A stretch of 63,913 nucleotides of DNA, the filler included. It is 6 parts of 6 records of this genome, joined end to end, with 100 filler letters (N's around TTAATTAATTAA, not from the genome) between each part and the next. Parts side by side here need not be neighbours in the genome. Positions count along the whole stretch, not along the records: positions 19,592 to 42,251 come from SRR20825010_6341; 5 more parts are not named here. One strand, written 5' to 3'. The position numbers were made by a program, and so were the translations under genes. Below are positions 28,969 through 38,906 of this stretch, piece after piece. Each line of letters starts with the position of its first letter. The first letter of the stretch is position 1. The notes below the pieces were generated by a model. It was not told the DNA's origin and ran no database searches. It saw nothing but the letters and a program-made list of their open reading frames with translations.

Positions 28969-31635
28969 GTGGATCACAATGTAAATGCACCATTACGTGA
29001 TGATGTCCGTCTGTTAGGCGATTTGTTGGGTGAATGTCTGCGCCAGCAGGCGGGCGACGCCATGTACGAGACGGTGGAAAAGATTCGCCAGGCATCGGTG
29101 GCAACCCGCACCGGTGGGGGCGCGTCACTGGCGTCACTGCGTGACCTGTTGTCCCCCCTGGACGATGCCACTTTGCTGGAAGTGGCACGTGCGTTCAGCC
29201 AGTTTCTCAACCTGAGCAATATTGCCGAACAACACCACCGGGAGCGGCTGCACCGTCAGCACCAGCGGTATCCAGGCGATGCGGGGACTGATCAGGGGCT
29301 ACAGGATGTGTTGCAGCGTCTGGCGGATAACCAGATTGCCCAGCAGCAGATCTCGGGCACGCTGGAAGACCTTTCCGTGGAGCTGGTGCTGACCGCGCAC
29401 CCCACCGAGGTCACCCGCCGTACCTTGATTCGCAAATACGATCAGATGGCTGATCTACTCAGTGAGCTGGACCGCTCTGACCTCAATGATGATGAGCGTC
29501 AGTTGCGCCGTGAGCGGCTGCGCCGAGTGATTCTGGCGGCCTGGTGCACCGATGAAATCCGCCGTGAAAAACCGACCCCTGTAGATGAAGCTAAATGGGG
29601 GTTTGCCACCATCGAACAATCTCTCTGGCAGGCCGTGCCGGATGTGTTGCGCCGGATGGAGGCGCAGCTGGCCGAACAGGGCCTGCCGGCGCCGCCAGCG
29701 GACTGGGCGCCGGTGAAGCTGGCCTCGTGGATGGGCGGTGACCGTGACGGTAACCCCAATGTCACCGCTCCGGTGACCCGAGAAGTGCTGTTGCTGGCTC
29801 GCTGGATGGCGGCGGATCTGTACCTGCGCGATGTGGAAAATCTGCTGGCGGACTTGTCCATGAAAGCCGCCAGCGACGAGCTGTTGGCAGCCACGGGCCC
29901 CAGCCACGAACCCTACCGGGTGCTGCTGCGCGACGTGCGCAGCCGTCTGCGTCTGACCCGCCGTCAGATGGAAGCGCAGGTGGAAGGTTTGCCCGTGCCG
30001 GAGGGGGAGGCGTACTTGCGCCGCGAAGAGCTGATGGCGCCCCTGCAGCTGCTGGATCGTTCGCTGCGTGCTGTGGGCTTGAACGATATCGCTGACGGTG
30101 ATTTGAAAAATACCCTGCGTCGCCTGAACTGCTTCGGTATTACCCTGTTGCGCTTGGATATCCGCCAGGAATCCACCCGTCACAGTCAGGTACTGGATGC
30201 GATTACCCGCTATCTGCAACTGGGCAGTTACAACGATTGGGACGAATCCACCCGCCAGGCGTTTCTGGTGGATGAGCTGCAAGCGCGCCGGCCGTTGATT
30301 GATGCCGCGTTTCGGGACAGCGAACACTGCACCCCCGAGGTGGCCGAGGTGTTGGCTACCTGTGAAGTGATTGCTGAGCAGGGCAGTGAAGGGCTGGGAG
30401 CCTACGTGATTTCCATGGCGACCACGCCGTCGGATGTGATGGCGGTAATGCTGCTGCAGAAAATTGCCGGTGTCCGCGAGCCTATGCGCGTGGTGCCGCT
30501 GTTTGAAACCCTGGACGATCTGGACGGTGCCGAGCAGACCATGTCGGCCCTGTTGGCGTTGCCGTTCTATCGGGAGCGGGTGGCAGATGGCCAGGAAGTG
30601 ATGATCGGCTATTCCGATTCCGCCAAGGACGCCGGTTTTCTCGGCGCCGCTTGGGCCCAGTATCGCGCCCAGGAAAAGCTCACGGCCTTGTTTGCCGAAA
30701 ACGGTATTGCGCTCACCTTGTTCCATGGCCGTGGTGGTTCCATTTCCCGCGGCGGCTCGCCGACCCGTATGGCGTTGTTGTCGCAGCCGCCGGGGTCGGT
30801 GGCGGGCCGCATTCGGGTGACGGAGCAGGGCGAGGTGATTCGCTTCAAATACGGTCGCCCGTCGGTGGCGGTGTTCAACCTGGAACAGTATGTGGCGGCC
30901 ACTCTGGAAGCCACCCTGTTGCCGCCCCAGGCGGCGCGGCCGGAGTGGCGCCAGCAGATGCAGGCGCTGACCGATACCTCCGTGGCCGGTTATCGCGGCG
31001 TAGTCCGTGATGAGCCTGAACTGGTGCGCTACTTGCGTACAGTTACACCGGAAACCGAGCTGTCGCGGCTGGCGCTGGGCAGTCGTCCGGCCCGCCGCAA
31101 GTCGGACCAGGGGATCAGCTCGTTGCGGGCGATTCCCTGGGTGTTTGCCTGGACCCAGATCCGCCTGATGCTGCCTGCCTGGCTGGGCACCGGTGCGGCC
31201 CTGGAAGATGCCCAGAACGATGCGGCACAAAATAGCATGGTGCGGGAAATGGCCAGCGAGTGGCCGTTTTTCCAGGGCGTGGTGGATATGCTGGAAATGG
31301 TACTGGCCAAGTCCGATTTGCGGGTGGCGGCCTGGTATGAAGAGCGTCTGGCGGGTGACGATGAAGGCTTGATGCGCCTGGGTGAAGTACTCCGTGAGCG
31401 GCTCACAGCCACAGTCAGTGCCCTGTCCGCCCTCACCGGCCGCGAAGATCTGCTGGATAACAACCCGGTGATGCGCTGGTCCATCCGCGTGCGTGACCCG
31501 TACACCGATCCGTTGCATTTGCTGCAGGCAGAGCTAATGGCGCGGCTACGTCAGCAGGACGGCGACGAGACGCTGGAAAGTGCCTTGATGGTGACGATCG
31601 CGGGGATTGCAGCGGGCCTGCGCAACACAGGGTAA
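28969..31635 (+). CDS. ppc: Phosphoenolpyruvate carboxylase
   Basis: VLTAHPTE, WMGGDRDGNP, MIGYSDSAKDAG, FHGRGGSISRGG, LRAIPW, GLRNTG. Confidence 0.98.
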   Translation: MDHNVNAPLRDDVRLLGDLLGECLRQQAGDAMYETVEKIRQASVATRTGGGASLASLRDLLSPLDDATLLEVARAFSQFLNLSNIAEQHHRERLHRQHQRYPGDAGTDQGLQDVLQRLADNQIAQQQISGTLEDLSVELVLTAHPTEVTRRTLIRKYDQMADLLSELDRSDLNDDERQLRRERLRRVILAAWCTDEIRREKPTPVDEAKWGFATIEQSLWQAVPDVLRRMEAQLAEQGLPAPPADWAPVKLASWMGGDRDGNPNVTAPVTREVLLLARWMAADLYLRDVENLLADLSMKAASDELLAATGPSHEPYRVLLRDVRSRLRLTRRQMEAQVEGLPVPEGEAYLRREELMAPLQLLDRSLRAVGLNDIADGDLKNTLRRLNCFGITLLRLDIRQESTRHSQVLDAITRYLQLGSYNDWDESTRQAFLVDELQARRPLIDAAFRDSEHCTPEVAEVLATCEVIAEQGSEGLGAYVISMATTPSDVMAVMLLQKIAGVREPMRVVPLFETLDDLDGAEQTMSALLALPFYRERVADGQEVMIGYSDSAKDAGFLGAAWAQYRAQEKLTALFAENGIALTLFHGRGGSISRGGSPTRMALLSQPPGSVAGRIRVTEQGEVIRFKYGRPSVAVFNLEQYVAATLEATLLPPQAARPEWRQQMQALTDTSVAGYRGVVRDEPELVRYLRTVTPETELSRLALGSRPARRKSDQGISSLRAIPWVFAWTQIRLMLPAWLGTGAALEDAQNDAAQNSMVREMASEWPFFQGVVDMLEMVLAKSDLRVAAWYEERLAGDDEGLMRLGEVLRERLTATVSALSALTGREDLLDNNPVMRWSIRVRDPYTDPLHLLQAELMARLRQQDGDETLESALMVTIAGIAAGLRNTG

Positions 31636-31673
31636 AGGCAATTGACAGCTGCGCGAAACCGGCTGTCTTTATT

Positions 31674-31723
31674 TGAAACGGAAGAGGCCGCGCCCGATCT
31701 TTGGACGCGGCCTCTTTGCTTCA
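31674..31723. terminator. Hairpin between convergent genes (dispersed repeat copy 1)
   Basis: AAGAGGCCGCG..CGCGGCCTCTT stem; homologous to 40247-40297. Confidence 0.75.
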
Positions 31724-31763
31724 TCAGGCATCACAACGCAATCGCGACGTTCTTAGCTGGCCA

Positions 31764-32012
31764 CTATTCACCCTTTATCTTCGAATGACTGCCATCGCAA
31801 ATCATGCCTTTGCTGCTGTGTTTACAGCCGCAGAAAAACACAATCTTGTCCCGCGTGGCGGTGTAGGGCACCGGCGCGAAGCCGGTGCCCTTGTGGCTGC
31901 CGTCGCAATAGGGTTGCGTCTGGCTCAGGCCGCAGGCGCACCAGTAGACCGTATCGCCTTTTCTGACGCGTAGTGGGAACGGTACGGTGTGGGCGATGCG
32001 GGGGGCGTCCAT
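31764..32012 (-). CDS. CDGSH iron-sulfur protein with two CDGSH motifs
   Basis: [17 protein letters not shown] and [17 protein letters not shown]; start ATG 32012. Confidence 0.92.
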   Translation of the reverse strand: MDAPRIAHTVPFPLRVRKGDTVYWCACGLSQTQPYCDGSHKGTGFAPVPYTATRDKIVFFCGCKHSSKGMICDGSHSKIKGE

Positions 32013-32139
32013 GGTGCTCTCCTTGGGGGCTTTCGTAACGTCAGGCGCATTTTTCGTGTGTCGCGCAAATGTCATGTAAATGTCACTGCCTTGCCATGGC
32101 GGCTGACGACACTGGCCGAAACTGCCAGTGGAGTACACT

Positions 32140-33006
32140 ATGCTTGCGCAAGCTGCAGGAAAGATCAAAGCGTTAAGCCCGCAATTGAAAGGGGCCTTCG
32201 CCAAGCCGTTCGTGGCCACCGCCGACATTCTTCGTTTTCCCCGTGATATGGCCGCCGAGAGGGTGGTTGAAGCCCCGGCGCCGGGCCGCTTCACGGCATA
32301 TTTCACCCGCTCTCGCCGCGAAATTCTGAAAATACAGCGCCTGCGCTATCGCATCTTTTCCCAGGAATACGGCGCCAGTTTCAGTGCCCCGTTTGGCCTG
32401 GATCGGGATCGCTTCGACCGTCACTGTTTGCACTTGGTCGTCCGCGATAACCGTAGTGGGGAGATTGTGGGTTACACCCGGGTGCTACCGGGTGACCGTT
32501 TGCACCGCACCGGCGGTTTTTATTCCAGCGGTGAATTCGATCTGACCATGCTGGGGCGACTGGAGGGCAAGCTGGCAGAGATCGGCCGTACCTGCATCCA
32601 CCCGGAACACCGCAATGGGGCGGTGATCAGTGTGCTGTGGGCGCGGCTGGCGCAGTACATGCTGGAGAACGATGTGCGCTACCTGCTGGGCTGCGCCAGT
32701 ATCGCGCTGAGTGAAGGCTATAACGTGGCGGCGGTGAATCAGCGGGTTCAGGCGCGCCACCTGAGCCCGACGGAGCACCGGGTGCAGCCCCACCTGCGAT
32801 TGAATACGCTGCCCGGTGATGCCCAGGCCGATAGTGTGAAAATGCCTCCGCTCCTCAAGGCCTACCTGCGCATGGGGGCCCAGGTGTGCGGTGAGCCGTG
32901 CTGGGACCCGGATTTTAATTGCCTGGATTTCTTTGTGCTGATGGCGGTGGAGAATCTCCCGGCCCGTTATGTGCAGCATTTCATGCAGCCGGCCCAGGCG
33001 GTTTAA
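32140..33006 (+). CDS. olsB: Ornithine N-acyltransferase (OlsB-like GNAT)
   Basis: [52 protein letters not shown]; paired with a downstream acyltransferase. Confidence 0.8.
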   Translation: MLAQAAGKIKALSPQLKGAFAKPFVATADILRFPRDMAAERVVEAPAPGRFTAYFTRSRREILKIQRLRYRIFSQEYGASFSAPFGLDRDRFDRHCLHLVVRDNRSGEIVGYTRVLPGDRLHRTGGFYSSGEFDLTMLGRLEGKLAEIGRTCIHPEHRNGAVISVLWARLAQYMLENDVRYLLGCASIALSEGYNVAAVNQRVQARHLSPTEHRVQPHLRLNTLPGDAQADSVKMPPLLKAYLRMGAQVCGEPCWDPDFNCLDFFVLMAVENLPARYVQHFMQPAQAV

Positions 33007-33020
33007 CGACCATCATTTTC

Positions 33021-33097
33021 CCGTAGGAGCGGCGCTTGAGCCGCGAATTACTTGCGACAAGCCGGCCTTCTTCGCGGCTCAAGCGCCGCTCCTACGG
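33021..33097. repeat. GTAG-type REP doublet / REPIN (family B)
   Basis: Perfect 27-bp IR: CCGTAGGAGCGGCGCTTGAGCCGCGAA (33021-33047) and its reverse complement (33071-33097). Confidence 0.9.
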
Positions 33098-33128
33098 AGT
33101 TTTTTGGATTCGGTCCGGGCTTTGAACC

Positions 33129-33923
33129 GTGAGTGAGATGAACGACTCCGTCGATATTGCTTCTTACAATGAAAGCGGCCTCTGGCCGCAACTGCGTCGA
33201 GTGGGGCGAGTGATTCGTGTCGTGCTCTATCTGCTGTGGGGGTTTGTGCTGGCGTTTTTGCTGGGGGCGTTCTGGTCACCGTATCGGCCTGTGGTGCTGA
33301 GCGCCAAACAGCGCTGGTGCCGGCGTTTTCTACGTATCCTCGGGGTGGAGTTGACGGTCACGGGGAGCCGGGTCGAAGCCCCCGTGTTTCTGGTCAGCAA
33401 CCATGTGTCGTGGCTGGATATTCCGGTGATTGCCAGCCAGCGGCATCTGTATTTTCTCTCCAAGGCGGAGGTCGGTGACTGGCCGCTGATCGGCACACTG
33501 GCCCGGGCCATGGGCACCCTGTTTATCAAGCGCGGCAGTGGTGAGTCGGTCCGCAAGGCCCAGGAAATTGCCGGTCGCTTGCAGCAGGGGCACACGGTTC
33601 TGGTGTTCCCGGAGGGAACCACCACCGATGGCTCCAGCCTGCGCCGCTTTTTCCCGCAATTGTTTGATGCCCCCTTGCTGGCAGGCGTGCCGGTGCAACC
33701 GTTAGCGGTTCGCTACCTGGATAGCATGGGTGCTCCGGATCGGGGCCTGGCCTTTATTGGTGACGATGAGTTTCACCATCATTTGTGGGCCATGATGCTC
33801 CGCCAAAAGATTCGCGTTCGCCTGCACTTCTGTACGCCCCTGGAGGGGGAAGGCATGGACCGCAAGCAATTGTGTGCCCAGGCATACGAACGGCTTGAGG
33901 GGCAGTTGAAAGCCCAAAACTGA
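33129..33923 (+). CDS. olsA: Lyso-ornithine lipid / 1-acylglycerol-3-phosphate O-acyltransferase (OlsA-like)
   Basis: NHVSWLD, FLSKAEV, FIKRG, VFPEGTT. Confidence 0.78.
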   Translation: MSEMNDSVDIASYNESGLWPQLRRVGRVIRVVLYLLWGFVLAFLLGAFWSPYRPVVLSAKQRWCRRFLRILGVELTVTGSRVEAPVFLVSNHVSWLDIPVIASQRHLYFLSKAEVGDWPLIGTLARAMGTLFIKRGSGESVRKAQEIAGRLQQGHTVLVFPEGTTTDGSSLRRFFPQLFDAPLLAGVPVQPLAVRYLDSMGAPDRGLAFIGDDEFHHHLWAMMLRQKIRVRLHFCTPLEGEGMDRKQLCAQAYERLEGQLKAQN

Positions 33924-34026
33924 AAGCTGAAAAGCGCGACAACGTTCAACTCGTCTCTTTGCCCTCTCTGCCTGTCGTCTCGCTTTGTTGTAGCATTGGC
34001 GCATCAATTGCCCAGGACCGCTTTCC

Positions 34027-34593
34027 ATGACCCGCGCCAGTGAACTGAAAAAATCCGACGTTATCGATATCAACGGCACCCTGTATGCCATCCGCCAGAT
34101 TGAGGTGCAGTCGCCCTCTGCCCGGGGGGCGGCCACCTTGTATCGGGTAAAGGCCAGTGCGGTTGGCGGTGGCCCCAAGTTTGAAGAGCGCTTCAAGGGG
34201 GATGACGACGTGGCCACGGTGGAGTTGCAGCGCCGCCCGGTGCAGTTTTCCTACGTGGACGGGGATGACTACATCTTCATGGATAATGAGGATTTCTCCC
34301 AATACCTGCTTAAACAGGGAGATATCAGCGATGAGCTGGCGTTCATCACTGAAGAAACCGAAGGGGTGTTGGCCCTGAGAGTGGAAGAGTCAGTCATCGG
34401 CCTGGAGTTGCCGGCGTCGGTGGTGCTGGAAGTGACTGAAACCACCCCGGCCATGAAGGCTGCGTCTGCATCCGCCCGCACCAAGCCAGCCACCCTGAAT
34501 ACGGGCCTGGTGGTGCAGGTGCCGGAATATATCGTGGAAGGTGAGAAGGTGCGGGTGAATACCGCCGAACGTAAATTCATGTCCCGGGCCTGA
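34027..34593 (+). CDS. yeiP: Elongation factor P-like protein EfpL/YeiP
   Basis: [12 protein letters not shown] loop with Arg at the tip, [18 protein letters not shown]. Confidence 0.92.
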   Translation: MTRASELKKSDVIDINGTLYAIRQIEVQSPSARGAATLYRVKASAVGGGPKFEERFKGDDDVATVELQRRPVQFSYVDGDDYIFMDNEDFSQYLLKQGDISDELAFITEETEGVLALRVEESVIGLELPASVVLEVTETTPAMKAASASARTKPATLNTGLVVQVPEYIVEGEKVRVNTAERKFMSRA

Positions 34594-34603
34594 CCGCCAG
34601 CGA

Positions 34604-35665
34604 ATGCGATTATTTCCCCTGGATAAAAACACAGTCGCCGTTCTGTTGCTGCTGAGCGGTGTGCTGTCGGGGTGTCAGGTGGGTTATTACGGTCAGGCGG
34701 TGAAAGGCCACTGGTCGCTGATGGGCCAGCGTGAACCGGTGGCGGAGGTGCTGGCGGATACCCATACTTCACCGGAATTGGCCGTCAAGCTGCGGTTCAG
34801 TCAGCAGGTTCTTACTTTCGCCGGTGAGGCGCTGTCGTTGCCGGCCGACGATGTATACCACCAGTATGTGGCGCTGGAGCAGGATGCGGTGGTGTGGAAT
34901 GTGTTGGCGGCACCGGCCTATTCCCTGACACCGAAAACCTGGTGCTACCTGATGATTGGCTGCGTCAGTTACCGGGGGTATTTTGACAAGGGGCGAGCTA
35001 CCCGCGAGGCGGATGCTCTGGCTGAGGACGGGATGGACACCTTCGTGGGGGGCGCCATTGCCTATTCCACCCTGGGTTGGTTTGCCGATCCCCTGACCAC
35101 TCCGATGCTTGACCGGTCGCGCCCGTCGCTGGCGCAACTGCTGATCCACGAGCTGGTGCACCGCAAGGTGTATATCAAGGACGATACCCGCTTCAACGAA
35201 TCCCTGGCGACCCTGGTCGGACGAGAAGGGGCGGTGGATTACTTTGCCCAAAGTGGTGAGCCGCTGGCGGCGGGTTACTGGCAGCAGCGCGAACAGGTGC
35301 AGGACGCCTTTATGGCCATTGTGCAGGCGACGCGGGCGGCACTGAAAGCCCTGTATGCGTCGCAACAGGATACAGACGCGCTGGCGCGGGAGAAAACCCG
35401 TATCCTGCAACAGGCCCGTGACCGTTTTGCCCGCGATAGCCAGGCGCAACCGGCCCTGAAAGCCTACGCGGGGTTTTTCGATGGGCGATTGAACAATGCC
35501 CGCCTTAACGGCGTCAGCGACTATAACGATTATGTGCCGGCCTTTGCCCGCCTGCTGGATCAGTGTCAGCGGGATTGGGGCTGCTTCTGGCAACAGGTGG
35601 ATAACCTGGTGGTCATGAAGGATACGCAACGCAAACAGGCCCTGGAGGCACTCGCATGGAACTGA
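34604..35665 (+). CDS. Predicted zinc aminopeptidase lipoprotein
   Basis: LSGC lipobox, GCVSYRGYF, AYSTLGWFADP, HELVH, FNESLA. Confidence 0.85.
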   Translation: MRLFPLDKNTVAVLLLLSGVLSGCQVGYYGQAVKGHWSLMGQREPVAEVLADTHTSPELAVKLRFSQQVLTFAGEALSLPADDVYHQYVALEQDAVVWNVLAAPAYSLTPKTWCYLMIGCVSYRGYFDKGRATREADALAEDGMDTFVGGAIAYSTLGWFADPLTTPMLDRSRPSLAQLLIHELVHRKVYIKDDTRFNESLATLVGREGAVDYFAQSGEPLAAGYWQQREQVQDAFMAIVQATRAALKALYASQQDTDALAREKTRILQQARDRFARDSQAQPALKAYAGFFDGRLNNARLNGVSDYNDYVPAFARLLDQCQRDWGCFWQQVDNLVVMKDTQRKQALEALAWN

Positions 35666-36477
35666 TTCGCACCCCCCAGCCGGAACTGGCGGACCTGATT
35701 GAGCGCACGCTGAAGCGCAATGGTTTTCAGGTGGACCGTCATGAGGATGAGGGGCAATTCGTGCTGGGGGTCCCCGATGCGGAGCAATATCCCCATGCGC
35801 GCCAGCTGACCGCAGAGCTGATTGCCGACTTGAAACGGGGGCAGGGCCAGCAGCCTGTGGAGCCATTGACCGGCCAGCCGCAGCCATTGTTGTCGGGTGG
35901 CTGGTTAGCCAGCATGGGGTGGGTGACCAGGATTGGGCTGGTGCTGTGTGTGGCCATTTTCCTGACCCCTTATCTACTCGGTGACGGGGTCTATCGTGCC
36001 CTGCTGTTCCCCGCGTCCATGGAGGGATTGACTAGCCAGCCCTGGCGCTTGATCACCCCCATGCTGCTGCACTTTTCCCTGCTCCATATCATCTTCAATT
36101 TGCTGTGGTGGGCGGATCTGGGGCGCTTGATTGAGCGCCATCAATCAAGCGCCCAACTGCTGCTGGTGACGCTGGTGACGGCCGCGGTTTCCAATGTGGC
36201 TCAGTTCTTGTACAGCGGCCCCATGTTCGGTGGCTTGTCCGGCGTGGTGTATGGTCTGTTGGGCTACCTGTGGATCTTTGGGCGGCTCAACCCGGGTGCC
36301 GGGTTTGCTTTGCGCCGGCAGATTGTGGTCTTCATGCTGGCATGGATGGCAATTTGTTTCGTAGGGCTATCGGATGTGGTGGCGAATGCGGCGCATCTGG
36401 CCGGGTTGGTAAGCGGTTGTTTGCTGGGCGGCATTTTCGGCATGGTGCGGCGCAGTCAGAAGCAAGGGGCGGTTTGA
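35656..36477 (+). CDS. glpG: Rhomboid intramembrane serine protease (GlpG-like)
   Basis: QPWRLITP, HIIFNLLW, FGGLSGVVYGL, ANAAHLAGL; soluble N-terminal domain. Confidence 0.88.
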   Translation: MELIRTPQPELADLIERTLKRNGFQVDRHEDEGQFVLGVPDAEQYPHARQLTAELIADLKRGQGQQPVEPLTGQPQPLLSGGWLASMGWVTRIGLVLCVAIFLTPYLLGDGVYRALLFPASMEGLTSQPWRLITPMLLHFSLLHIIFNLLWWADLGRLIERHQSSAQLLLVTLVTAAVSNVAQFLYSGPMFGGLSGVVYGLLGYLWIFGRLNPGAGFALRRQIVVFMLAWMAICFVGLSDVVANAAHLAGLVSGCLLGGIFGMVRRSQKQGAV

Positions 36478-36550
36478 GTTACCCCCGGGGGGCTGCTATA
36501 AAGACAGCCAAAACGATGACGTTACAATAATGAAAGGATGACAGCGGCCT

Positions 36551-37402
36551 ATGCAGTGGCGCTCTGTACCATATTGGGTACCTTCTCTCTTTTTCGCAGC
36601 GGTAGTTACCCTGCAAGGCTGTTCCCTGGCCCATGTTGATGACAACCTGCCTTATGGTGTCCTCAACAACAATGACCTGCAGCTGGTCGAAGATGGCCTG
36701 CCTACCTATTTGCTGATGGTCGATGGCCTGATCGAGAACTGGCCGGAAAGCGAATCCCTGCTCAGCAGTGGCGCGGACCTCTACGGCGCCTACGCCGGCC
36801 TGTTTGTGGAAGAGCCCGAGCGGGCCCGCAAACTCAGCAACAAGGCGCTGGACTACGGATTCCGCGCGGCCTGCGCCCACCACAAGGGTTACTGCGATCT
36901 GCGCAGCCTGTCGGTTCCCGAATTTGAATCCCTGCTGGACGATGCCGGTAAAGGCGATGTGCCGGTGCTGTTTTCTTTGGGTGGTGCCTGGGCCGGTTAT
37001 ATCCAGCAGAACACCAGTGATTGGAACGCAGTAGCGGAACTGGGCCGGGTGGAAGCCATCATGGCGCGCATCGTGGCGTTGGATGAAGGCTACCAGTACG
37101 GCCAGGCGCACATGTATCTGGGGGTGCTGAACAGCATCCTGCCGGCGTCGCTGGGAGGCAAGCCCGAACAGGCCAAGGCGCATTTTGAAGAAGCGGTATT
37201 GCTGTCAGATGGCAAGAACCTGCTGGCCCAGGTGTTGTATGCGGAAAAGTACGCGCGTCTGGTGTTTGATCGGGAGCTGCACGACAGCTTGCTCAATGAG
37301 GTACTGGCAGCGGACCCGGATGTCCACGGCCTGACCCTGCAAAATACCTATGCGCAGCAGCAGGCTGAAGCCTTGCTTGCCGACGCGGACGATTATTTCT
37401 AG
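36551..37402 (+). CDS. TRAP-associated TatT-family lipoprotein
   Basis: LQGC lipobox, TPR-like helical body, LGGKPEQAKAHFEEA; first gene of a TRAP operon. Confidence 0.82.
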   Translation: MQWRSVPYWVPSLFFAAVVTLQGCSLAHVDDNLPYGVLNNNDLQLVEDGLPTYLLMVDGLIENWPESESLLSSGADLYGAYAGLFVEEPERARKLSNKALDYGFRAACAHHKGYCDLRSLSVPEFESLLDDAGKGDVPVLFSLGGAWAGYIQQNTSDWNAVAELGRVEAIMARIVALDEGYQYGQAHMYLGVLNSILPASLGGKPEQAKAHFEEAVLLSDGKNLLAQVLYAEKYARLVFDRELHDSLLNEVLAADPDVHGLTLQNTYAQQQAEALLADADDYF

Positions 37403-37410
37403 GAGTATTT

Positions 37411-38400
37411 ATGCTGCGCCTTGTCACTGTTCTTATCGCTCTGTTGCCGCTGGTCGCCACCGCCGCGACCACCCTGAAAATTTCCACCCTGTACCCGGAT
37501 GGCACCACCATCGTCACCGGCCTGAAAAAAGCCGGCAAGGACATTGCGGCGAAAACCGAAGGCCGGGTAAAGCTGAAAATCTATCCTGGTGGGGTGATGG
37601 GGGATGACCGGGCGGTAGAGCGCAAAATCCGCATCGGCCAGCTCCATGGGCTGGTGGCCCAGGGCGGGGCCTTCGCTTCTGCCTACAAGGACAGCCAGAT
37701 TCTCAATGTGCCGCTGGCCTTTAATAATTACGATGAAGTGGATGCGGTACGCAGCGAGTTGGACCCGGTGATCCAGAAAGGTCTGGAGGACGGTGGCTGG
37801 GTGAGCTTTGGTCTGCTGGATGGCGGTTTTGCGTATGTGATGTCCGAGCAGCCGGTGAAGAGCGTATCCGATCTGCGTGAACAAAAGCTGTGGTTGCCGG
37901 CCAATGATGAAGGGTCTGCCAAGGCGGCCAAGGCGTTCGAACTGTCCCCCATCTTGCTCAACATCGGTTCAGTACTCACCTCGTTGCAGACCGGCGCGGT
38001 GAATGCTTTTGCGGCACCGCCGGTGGCCGCCCTGACCCTGCAATGGTACTCCCGGGTAAGCTACCTGACCGACATGCCACTGCTTTATACCTTCGGCATG
38101 CTGGGTATCCATGAAAAATACTTCAAGCGCATGAGCCCGGAAGATCAGCAAGTGGTCCGCACCGTACTGGAAGCCACCTTCGACACACTGGACGCACAAA
38201 GCCGCAAGGAAAATCTGAGCGCCTTTGCCGCCGTTCAACAGCAGGGTCTGGAAGTGATAAAACCCAGCGAGGAACAACGCAAGGAATGGCACAGCTACGC
38301 CGAACGAGCCACCGCCGAGCTGGTGGAAGAGGGCGAAATCAGCCAGGCCATGCTGGAGCGGCTTAACGGCATTATCGCCAAGCAACGCAACGGGCAATGA
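37411..38400 (+). CDS. TRAP substrate-binding protein (DctP/TatP)
   Basis: TEGRVKLKIYPGGVMGDD, KIRIGQL, SLQTG. Confidence 0.9.
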   Translation: MLRLVTVLIALLPLVATAATTLKISTLYPDGTTIVTGLKKAGKDIAAKTEGRVKLKIYPGGVMGDDRAVERKIRIGQLHGLVAQGGAFASAYKDSQILNVPLAFNNYDEVDAVRSELDPVIQKGLEDGGWVSFGLLDGGFAYVMSEQPVKSVSDLREQKLWLPANDEGSAKAAKAFELSPILLNIGSVLTSLQTGAVNAFAAPPVAALTLQWYSRVSYLTDMPLLYTFGMLGIHEKYFKRMSPEDQQVVRTVLEATFDTLDAQSRKENLSAFAAVQQQGLEVIKPSEEQRKEWHSYAERATAELVEEGEISQAMLERLNGIIAKQRNGQ

Positions 38401-38906
38401 TGGCAGCACTATTACGCGGGGTGCATCGCGCCCTTCACCGTATCGAGGACGGCCTTATCGTGGCCGTCCTTTTGTTTATGATCCTGCTGGCGGTTGGGCA
38501 GATTGTGCTGCGGAATTTTTTTGGTACCAGCATGGTCTGGATCGAACCACTGTTGCAGAACGCGGTGCTGTGGATTGGCCTGCTAGGGGCCATGATCGCC
38601 TCGCGTAATGATGAACACATTCGCATTGATGTGGCCTCGTCGTTGCTGCCGGAAAAATACCACCCCTTCCTGACCACGTTCGTGGATCTGTTCACCGCCT
38701 TTATCTGTTTGCTGGTGGCCTGGTACAGCGTGCATTTCGTCATTGAAGAATATGAGTACGCTTCGCCGGCGTTTGCCAGCGTGCCGAGCTGGTTGTTGCA
38801 AGCGATTATCCCGGTTGGGTTTTCGGTGATGGCACTGCGCTACGTGGTGTTGTTTGCAATGGGGTTGATTGGCAAGCGGCCGAAAATGCAGGAGCCGACG
38901 CCATGA
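38397..38906 (+). CDS. TRAP small permease (DctQ)
   Basis: Four TM segments, HIRID motif. Confidence 0.88.
   Translation: MMAALLRGVHRALHRIEDGLIVAVLLFMILLAVGQIVLRNFFGTSMVWIEPLLQNAVLWIGLLGAMIASRNDEHIRIDVASSLLPEKYHPFLTTFVDLFTAFICLLVAWYSVHFVIEEYEYASPAFASVPSWLLQAIIPVGFSVMALRYVVLFAMGLIGKRPKMQEPTP

Noticed and set aside
29455..31518. 687-aa antisense ORF, and similar long shadow ORFs at 15288-16670, 9518-10552 and 34769-35887
   Set aside because: They lie opposite well-supported genes in GC-rich DNA, where stop-poor antisense frames are expected, and show no protein motifs
35656..36477. Rhomboid as the rhombosortase for the GlyGly-CTERM proteases
   Set aside because: Its motifs and N-terminal soluble domain look like GlpG; rhombosortase is a separate subfamily, and about 8 kb of unrelated genes intervene
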